DNA of 64,000 bases from Clostridia bacterium (GTDB lineage Bacteria; Bacillota; Clostridia; UMGS1840): contig JAGBEY010000012.1 in the NCBI GenBank assembly GCA_017936745.1, positions 32,420 to 96,419 on the forward strand, written 5' to 3'. The notes beneath the pieces were generated by a model. The model did not search any database and was not told the origin of the DNA. It was given only the letters and a program-made list of their open reading frames with translations. Position numbers and translations under genes: made by a program. This document shows, in pieces, positions 58,155-64,000 of the stretch; the stretch's first letter is position 1; each line of letters begins with the position of its first letter.

Positions 58155-58325
58155 AGAATATATTAACACATCTAACTCACGAAAAATCTGGGAAAGTATT
58201 GGTTTAAACAAGATTCGTCAGTTATCAGACAGAGAAGATTGTGAATTTGTCCTCTGGGTAGGTACAAAAAGATTAATCAAAAGAAGAAAGTTTGATGAAT
58301 ATATCGAAATGGCATACTCAGTATG
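58155..58325 (+). pseudogene. Tn916-type excisionase (Xis) remnant lacking a start codon
   Basis: The frame IGLNKIRQLSDREDCEFVLWVGTKRLIKRRKFDEYIEMAYSV resembles excisionase-family HTH proteins. It opens after the TGA at 58152 and has no ATG, GTG or TTG near the N-terminus. Confidence 0.5.
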
Positions 58326-58450
58326 ACAAATAACTAATATGTATTGAAATTAATGGAAAAGGCGACTTGCTTTATTGTAGTATTTACGATATACTCAGTA
58401 TATAATAGCAGTTGCCTTTTTCAAATACTTTTACAGAAAGGATGTTGAAA

Positions 58451-59719
58451 ATGGCAAACAGAAGATTAGATAAAAACAGAGTGACGCTCCGCAGGGGTGA
58501 ATATCAGCGTAGCGATGGTAGATATTGCTTTCGTTGGAACACCCGCGATGGTAAGAGACATTGCATTTATGGGAAAACTCTTGATGAATTGAGGCGTAAG
58601 GAGACGGAACTTACTGTTGACCAGTTTGATGGAATTCGCACAGATAAACAACATACAACCATCAATGATATGTTTGAACTTTGGTGCGAGTTGAAAAGGG
58701 GGCTAAAAGATAATACATTTCAAAATTATAAGTATATGTACAACAATTTTGTGAGAAATGTTTTGGGAAGGATGAAAATAGTTAGTGTTAAGAAAACTGA
58801 TGTGAAGAAATTTTACAATACGCTAGCAGACGAGAAAATATTGAAAATTTCTACAATAGACACAATACACAACATTTTGCACCAGGTCTTTGCTCTTGCA
58901 GTAGATGATAACTATATTCGTATAAACCCTACTGATAATATGCTCAAAGAGTTGAAACAATCTCACAATTTTACAGTCGAAAAGAAAAAGGCTTTGACTG
59001 TCCCAGAACAGGAATTGTTCTTGGATTTTCTTAAAAACAATTCCAAATATAACCACTGGTATCCCGTATTTGCTGTTATGCTCGGAACCGGAATGCGCGT
59101 GGGCGAAATAACTGGTCTCCGCTGGAATGATGTATGCTTTGAAGAAAATGTGGTACAAATTAAAAGGACTTTGGTATATTACAACAAAGGAGACAATAAT
59201 GGGTGTTCATTTGCTATCAATTCAACAAAATCCCCAGCCAGTTATCGTACAATTCCAATGTTAGAAAGTGTTAAAGAAGCATTTTTATTAGAAAAAGCAT
59301 ATCAGGAAGAGGTTGGTATATCCTGTAATGCTCAGGTTGATGGTTATACTAACTTTGTATTTGTTAACCGCTTTGGCAATGTTCAACATCAGGGGACATT
59401 GAACAAGGCGATTAGAAGAATTATACGAGATTGTAATGATGCAGTTTTATTAAAAGAGGAAGAAGAAGCTACTCTTTTGCCGCCATTTAGTTGTCATAGT
59501 TTAAGACACACATTTGCTACTCGCCTATGTGAAAATGGTGTAAATATTAAGGTTATTCAAGAACTGCTGGGACACAGTGATTTTTCTACAACTATGGACA
59601 TTTATACTGATGTTACAAAGGAACTGAAAGAAAGTGAAATCAATAAACTAAAAAGAAATTTGAGTGATGAAGTGATTATTACTCCAAGTACTCCAATTTC
59701 TACTCCATTTCTCCTGTAA
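58451..59719 (+). CDS. tyrosine-type site-specific integrase (Tn916/phage family)
   Basis: The N-terminus is [29 protein letters not shown] (arm-binding type). Catalytic motifs are [11 protein letters not shown] and [16 protein letters not shown]. The ATG at 58451 follows a GAAAGGA RBS. Confidence 0.9.
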   Translation: MANRRLDKNRVTLRRGEYQRSDGRYCFRWNTRDGKRHCIYGKTLDELRRKETELTVDQFDGIRTDKQHTTINDMFELWCELKRGLKDNTFQNYKYMYNNFVRNVLGRMKIVSVKKTDVKKFYNTLADEKILKISTIDTIHNILHQVFALAVDDNYIRINPTDNMLKELKQSHNFTVEKKKALTVPEQELFLDFLKNNSKYNHWYPVFAVMLGTGMRVGEITGLRWNDVCFEENVVQIKRTLVYYNKGDNNGCSFAINSTKSPASYRTIPMLESVKEAFLLEKAYQEEVGISCNAQVDGYTNFVFVNRFGNVQHQGTLNKAIRRIIRDCNDAVLLKEEEEATLLPPFSCHSLRHTFATRLCENGVNIKVIQELLGHSDFSTTMDIYTDVTKELKESEINKLKRNLSDEVIITPSTPISTPFLL

Positions 59720-59875
59720 TGTATGTAGAGTTATGTAGACTTATATAAAAATCAAAGTTTGAAAATCCCTTGACATAAAGGGTTATGTAGAGTTATAATA
59801 ACTTATGTAATTATTGGGACTAAAATCCCCACAATGAAAAGTTTGGATAAGTAAGACAATCCATCAAAAAAGGAC

Positions 59876-59913
59876 GTAAAAAAGGCAACCGTTTGAAACG
59901 GTTGCCTTTTTTT
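59876..59913. terminator. strong bidirectional terminator
   Basis: Stem GGCAACCGTTT/AAACGGTTGCC, flanked by A(8) and T(7). Confidence 0.8.
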
Positions 59914-60084
59914 GTTATACCACTTGTTTCACCATGATAAATTCCACGGTTTTGTCGGGATACTGTTCCTTTAACTGCTTTTTGGCTTTGGCAGGGGTAT
60001 CGGCATCTACAACCAGTCGGTCTATCTTACCGTCTACCTCGACGATAATTTCATAGGATTTCAAAAAGGTTACGCCTCCTTATG

Positions 60085-63000
60085 CTACTTTACATACAGG
60101 TCAATCAAGCTTACAATGTAATCCCAAGTGAAAATTCCTTTTTCTACGGGAATTTTTAGGTATGCACCATTTAAGTTGATAAACTGTTCGTAGGAAACCA
60201 AGCCTTTAAAATCATCGTAGGTGTATAAGCCGTAGGTTTCCATATCCTTTTGGAAAGCGTCAACATCATACCTGAGGGTATCTCCCATTTCAATCCAGTT
60301 ATAGAACTCGTCGGGAGGTGCAACGGTCAGCAGTCCTTCTGCCAGAGCATTGGCATTGCCTGCCGAGGTTAAAGAATATGCAACGGTGGTTTCAAAGGTT
60401 TTTTCAGTTGCGGTTAAGGTTACCAAGCTGTAGCCATCCGCATCCATCTTCACGAACCTGTGACCTACATATTCTTCCATATTGTCTACGGTTAAGTAAA
60501 CATATTTGTTTAAGTCGTAATCGAACACACCGTGGTCACCGATGATTCTTAAGGCGGTTCCGTCGGAGAAGATCAGGTTGGCAACGGGATAAGTATCTTC
60601 TCCGTGACAAATCAGAAGTGCAACAGCTTTTGCTTCTACTTCGCCGGTAAAGAAGTTATAAGACAGAATGGTATCCTCTGAAGTGATTTCAGAAATTGCC
60701 TTTTTGCTGCCATCTGCCAGGGTAATGAAAGTGTCTGCGGTAAAGCAGCTACTATCTCCTGCGGCTTCCAGAGTGCCTTCACAGAATTTGGTGTAATTAT
60801 ATTCATTTTCCTTATCTTCTGCTACACTCCAGGTATGGGAGAAGGAAAGGCTCTTACCGTTTTTATCGGTAAACACATAGGATACGGGAACATTTCTTGC
60901 AGTGTTTCCGCTATTCACCAAACCGGAGCTGCTGGATGCCACAAAATAGAGCTTGTTTACTCCGTTCACATCCACCACAACGGGCATTGCATACACTTTT
61001 TTACTGGAGTGTACCTGTCCGCCGGTTACAGTTAAGGTGAAATCTTCATTTTCGGGAGTATAAGTCCAAACGGTATCGGTGCCGTTTTGTTTCCCAAGGG
61101 TTGTGGGGGTGTAATCGGAGAGCAGAATGGTTTTATACTGGCTTTCCGCTACGCTCCAGTAGGTAATCTGTACTCCTTCCAAGGCAGGAGCTGCACCGTG
61201 CCAGGTGCCACCCTTGGAGGATGCCACACAAAGACCAGCTTCCCAGCTTGTTGCAGCCAACACAGGAGCATTCTTGTTGGATTCGGTACCGCTTACATAG
61301 AAGGGATAGGTATAGGTTACGGTTTTTGTTACTGCTTCCCCATTGTGATTATAGAAAACGTTATCAGTAACATTTAACTCATACATTTGTGTGCCTACCG
61401 TTACCGGAATGGTCTGACTGATATCCACAGCTTCTCCGTTTCGGGTTACAGTGTAGGATAAGTCCTTACCGTATTTTTCAAGAGTCAGCTTGGAAAAATC
61501 AAAGTTATAAGCGCCTTTATCCAGATTTACGGTGAAACGGTTAATCCAGCCGGTTTCGTTGATGTATTCTCGGGTAATTACTTTGGTTTCATCTGTTTCG
61601 GAATACACCGCAGTTGCCAAAATGTTGCCGTTTGCGTTGGATTCGTAGGTGGGATAGGTTGCTACCTCAGGGTCAGTTCCGTTGGTATTTTTATAGGAAT
61701 ACACCTTAACAGAGGTCATATCCAGAGTTTCATAGGGAACGGTGTCCTGATTGGTTCTGTTATCATAAATCACCGGATCGGAAAGCACAGGGTTGGTGCC
61801 GTCCTCTACCATATAGATGAAGCCTAAATTGAGAGAATCACGAGTGATACCGTCTTGATAAGTAACCGGATGGATGTAGTCGGTCTGACTCAGCACATAA
61901 TTCACCATTGACTGCCCTTCCGCCGGAACATACTGCTTATATTCCTCGTTTGCCCAGGCATACTGGATGAGTTTTCCCTCCAGCGTAATAGGAGTGGTAT
62001 TCCCCTCGATATCCGCAATGGTAATCAAGCTCAGACCCATTAAGGTTTTTGTAGTATCGTGAACAGTTGCAGTAATGGGTTCCTGAATCAGGGTAACATC
62101 TTTCATAGTCAGGCTGTTTGCTGCATTGAGATGAATATTTGCCGCTGCACCGCCGTAAACTGTGCTGTTATCTAATACCAGATCTCCGGCAGTTACATAC
62201 AGTGCTGCACGTCCACCCTCAATATACGAATTCCGGATGGTACAGTCCCCGGAGGTCATAACCGCACTCCGGATGTTGTAATAACGGGTTTTGGTGCCGT
62301 CTATCTGATTGGGAGTGGGGTCATCCTTTTTATTGCCCTCATACAAAATTGCATAGGGGAAATGAGGAGCTTTCAGCTGCACATTATCCAGATTGCCGTT
62401 TTCCAAGGTCATAAAGGCATAGCCTCGGTCCAAAGCGGCAGAATCGGAGGAGATTGTCATAGTAAATCCGTTTCCGTAAATGGTGTGACCGTTGGAAACA
62501 ACGAGCTGCCCCATGCCGCAGTCATTTAACAGCACAATATCTCTGTCGGTGGCATTGGAGGCAGAAGTCACATTATACGCATCCACAACCTCCAAAAATA
62601 GCTCGGTCGGCTTGGTCGATTCCATATCGTCTGTAACGGACAATTTCACAAGCCCTGTGCCCTGGAAGGTGATTTTTCTGTTCTGCCAATCAGCTTCCTC
62701 GGAAATGACTGCCGTAGCTCCGGTTTCGTCCACCGTTTCCCAGGCAAGGGTTACATTGCCGATTTCGGCATCGGCAACCGGTGCAAACAGCTTGTTGACA
62801 GCAACACTGTTTTGATTTCCGATACGATATAAATAGGTATCGGTATTGGGAAACAGTGTTTCAAATTTTTCGGTCAGGACAGGAGCATATGTGATGGTTG
62901 CCCCGGGGAGCAAGGGACGAATGGTGTCATCATCACTCCAGCAGAACACTTTCAGCATTTCCGTGTCTCCGACGGTGATGTTCCCGGTGGGAACGGTAAG

Positions 63001-63288
63001 AATATCTCCCGTCATTCCGCCGGTCACAACGATGGGTTCCATCTTTGTGAGCTTTCCGCTCTCTGCTTCATAATGACCCACAAACACCGAAATCATACCC
63101 GTTCTGGGCACAGTGGCGGTTGCTTTTGCATAGAGAATATTCACTCCATCCAAGGTAGTGATAATCTTTTGTGTTTCGGCATTGTAAAACACAATTCCCT
63201 CTGCTTTTACCAAAAGAGAAGAAAGCAGTAGTACAACCATAGCGATTGCCAGAATAAAACTGAAAATGCGTTTCATGAAAAAAATCAC
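60085..63288 (-). CDS. large secreted beta-helix-like protein with C-terminal Hint (intein-like) module and conserved tail
   Basis: 1067 aa with a signal/TM N-terminus (MKRIFSFILAIAMVVLLLSSLLVKA). The central region is parallel beta-helix-like (NGHTIYGNGFTMT...IRNSYIEGGRAALYV...VYGGAAANIHL). The Hint module starts at CFTADTFITLADG (Cys codon 60745-60747) and ends at ALAEGLLTVAPP. A ~95-aa tail follows. Confidence 0.7.
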   Translation of the reverse strand: MIFFMKRIFSFILAIAMVVLLLSSLLVKAEGIVFYNAETQKIITTLDGVNILYAKATATVPRTGMISVFVGHYEAESGKLTKMEPIVVTGGMTGDILTVPTGNITVGDTEMLKVFCWSDDDTIRPLLPGATITYAPVLTEKFETLFPNTDTYLYRIGNQNSVAVNKLFAPVADAEIGNVTLAWETVDETGATAVISEEADWQNRKITFQGTGLVKLSVTDDMESTKPTELFLEVVDAYNVTSASNATDRDIVLLNDCGMGQLVVSNGHTIYGNGFTMTISSDSAALDRGYAFMTLENGNLDNVQLKAPHFPYAILYEGNKKDDPTPNQIDGTKTRYYNIRSAVMTSGDCTIRNSYIEGGRAALYVTAGDLVLDNSTVYGGAAANIHLNAANSLTMKDVTLIQEPITATVHDTTKTLMGLSLITIADIEGNTTPITLEGKLIQYAWANEEYKQYVPAEGQSMVNYVLSQTDYIHPVTYQDGITRDSLNLGFIYMVEDGTNPVLSDPVIYDNRTNQDTVPYETLDMTSVKVYSYKNTNGTDPEVATYPTYESNANGNILATAVYSETDETKVITREYINETGWINRFTVNLDKGAYNFDFSKLTLEKYGKDLSYTVTRNGEAVDISQTIPVTVGTQMYELNVTDNVFYNHNGEAVTKTVTYTYPFYVSGTESNKNAPVLAATSWEAGLCVASSKGGTWHGAAPALEGVQITYWSVAESQYKTILLSDYTPTTLGKQNGTDTVWTYTPENEDFTLTVTGGQVHSSKKVYAMPVVVDVNGVNKLYFVASSSSGLVNSGNTARNVPVSYVFTDKNGKSLSFSHTWSVAEDKENEYNYTKFCEGTLEAAGDSSCFTADTFITLADGSKKAISEITSEDTILSYNFFTGEVEAKAVALLICHGEDTYPVANLIFSDGTALRIIGDHGVFDYDLNKYVYLTVDNMEEYVGHRFVKMDADGYSLVTLTATEKTFETTVAYSLTSAGNANALAEGLLTVAPPDEFYNWIEMGDTLRYDVDAFQKDMETYGLYTYDDFKGLVSYEQFINLNGAYLKIPVEKGIFTWDYIVSLIDLYVK

Positions 63289-63309
63289 ATCCTTTTTTTG
63301 TTTCTTAAT

Positions 63310-64000
63310 TTACAGATACATTCCAATCAGCTCTACAATATATTCCCAGCTGAAAATACCTTTTTCTACGGGAATTTTTAGGTACGCACCGTTTAACTGA
63401 ACGAACTGCTCATAAGTGACATACTCTTTAAAATCGTCATAGGTATATAAGCCGTAGGTTTCCACATCATTCTGGAATTGTTCGGTATCATAGCGAAGTT
63501 TTTCGCCCATTTCTACCCAGTTGTAGAAATCATCAGGCGGTGCTACGGTAAGAAGTCCCTCTGCCAGAGCATTTGCATTTCCTGCCGAGGTAATGGAATA
63601 TGCACCGGTTACCTCATACGTTTTTTCTGCTTTATCTAAGGTAACAAGCTCGTAACCGTCTGCATTCATTTTCACAAAGGTATGACCGAGGTAGTCTTTC
63701 ATATTGTCTACAGTAATGTATACATACTCATTCAAATTGTAGTCAAATACCCCGTGGTCTGCAATAATTTTTAAGATTGTGCCATCAGAGAAGGTAAGGT
63801 TTGCAACCGGATATTCTTCTACTCCGTGAGAAACCAGCAAGGCAACCTTGGTTGCTTGTGCCTCTCCTGTAAAGAAATTATAGGATAAAATGGTATCCTC
63901 AAGAGTTACATCTTTTAGAGCTTTCTTACTGCCGTCTGCCATGGTGATTAAGGTATCTTCGGTAAAGCATCCGCCACTGGAGGAGGCAGATACGGTGACA
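63310..64000 (-). CDS. paralogous protein with the same C-terminal Hint-plus-tail module (5' part outside the window)
   Basis: The frame stays open to the window edge, upstream of the ORF-track Met. The sequence SGGCFTEDTLITMADGSKK (Cys codon 63967-63969) aligns with the Hint start of the neighbouring gene. The tail is ~75 percent identical to that of the neighbour. Confidence 0.7.
   Translation of the reverse strand, partial: VTVSASSSGGCFTEDTLITMADGSKKALKDVTLEDTILSYNFFTGEAQATKVALLVSHGVEEYPVANLTFSDGTILKIIADHGVFDYNLNEYVYITVDNMKDYLGHTFVKMNADGYELVTLDKAEKTYEVTGAYSITSAGNANALAEGLLTVAPPDDFYNWVEMGEKLRYDTEQFQNDVETYGLYTYDDFKEYVTYEQFVQLNGAYLKIPVEKGIFSWEYIVELIGMYL

Larger units (their letters stand above)
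51541..59708. mobile_element. ~8-kb integrase-bearing genomic island inserted downstream of lysS
   Basis: The block is AT-rich. A Tn916-like tyrosine integrase lies at the right end with a degenerate xis next to it. Imperfect ~29-bp direct repeats, each with three TACTCCA heptamers, lie at 51541-51569 and 59680-59708. The strong terminator expected for lysS sits only at 59876-59913. Confidence 0.6.

Overview
64-kb chromosomal segment of a low-GC Gram-positive, Clostridia-like bacterium (GGAGG-type RBSs, frequent TTG starts, SLH-domain proteins, a Spo0A_C-like gene). The backbone is housekeeping: EF-G2-type GTPase, a PurF-like gene, rpoD-dnaG, PBP1A, aroC-tyrA, hisD-pyrE, nrdR, mnmA, glyA-rarA, pgk-tpiA-gpmI, an RluA-family synthase, rsmG, degV, marR, a five-tRNA operon (Gly-Arg-His-Gln-Lys), hisF, a NUDIX hydrolase, prmC, hup, mazG, an M23 peptidase and greA-lysS. 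Seven things stand out. (1) A dispersed family of modular hairpin repeats with compensatory stem changes lies in the 3' UTRs of several minus-strand genes, and one copy sits next to a REP-associated tyrosine transposase (RAYT) gene. (2) A promoter-to-terminator bounded ~260-nt structured RNA candidate of unknown class lies upstream of glyA. (3) Two tandem 493-aa putative glycoside hydrolase paralogs with gene-conversion tracts sit next to a GH20 gene. (4) An AT-rich ~5-kb island (35.2-40.4 kb) next to the tRNA operon carries an HUH rolling-circle Rep, origin-like structures and an SLH protein, but no integrase. (5) An ~8-kb integrase-bearing island (51.5-59.7 kb) is inserted between lysS and its likely terminator. 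It carries a Fic protein, XRE regulators, an SLH/transglutaminase protein, iteron-like repeats and uncharacterised genes. (6) Two tandem large secreted beta-helix proteins at the window end share a C-terminal Hint (intein-like autoprocessing) module plus a conserved ~95-aa tail. (7) Five tandem 17-bp palindromic repeats follow an orphan Spo0A_C-like gene. No CRISPR array or rRNA was seen. All functional calls come from motif recognition by eye, and no database search was run.
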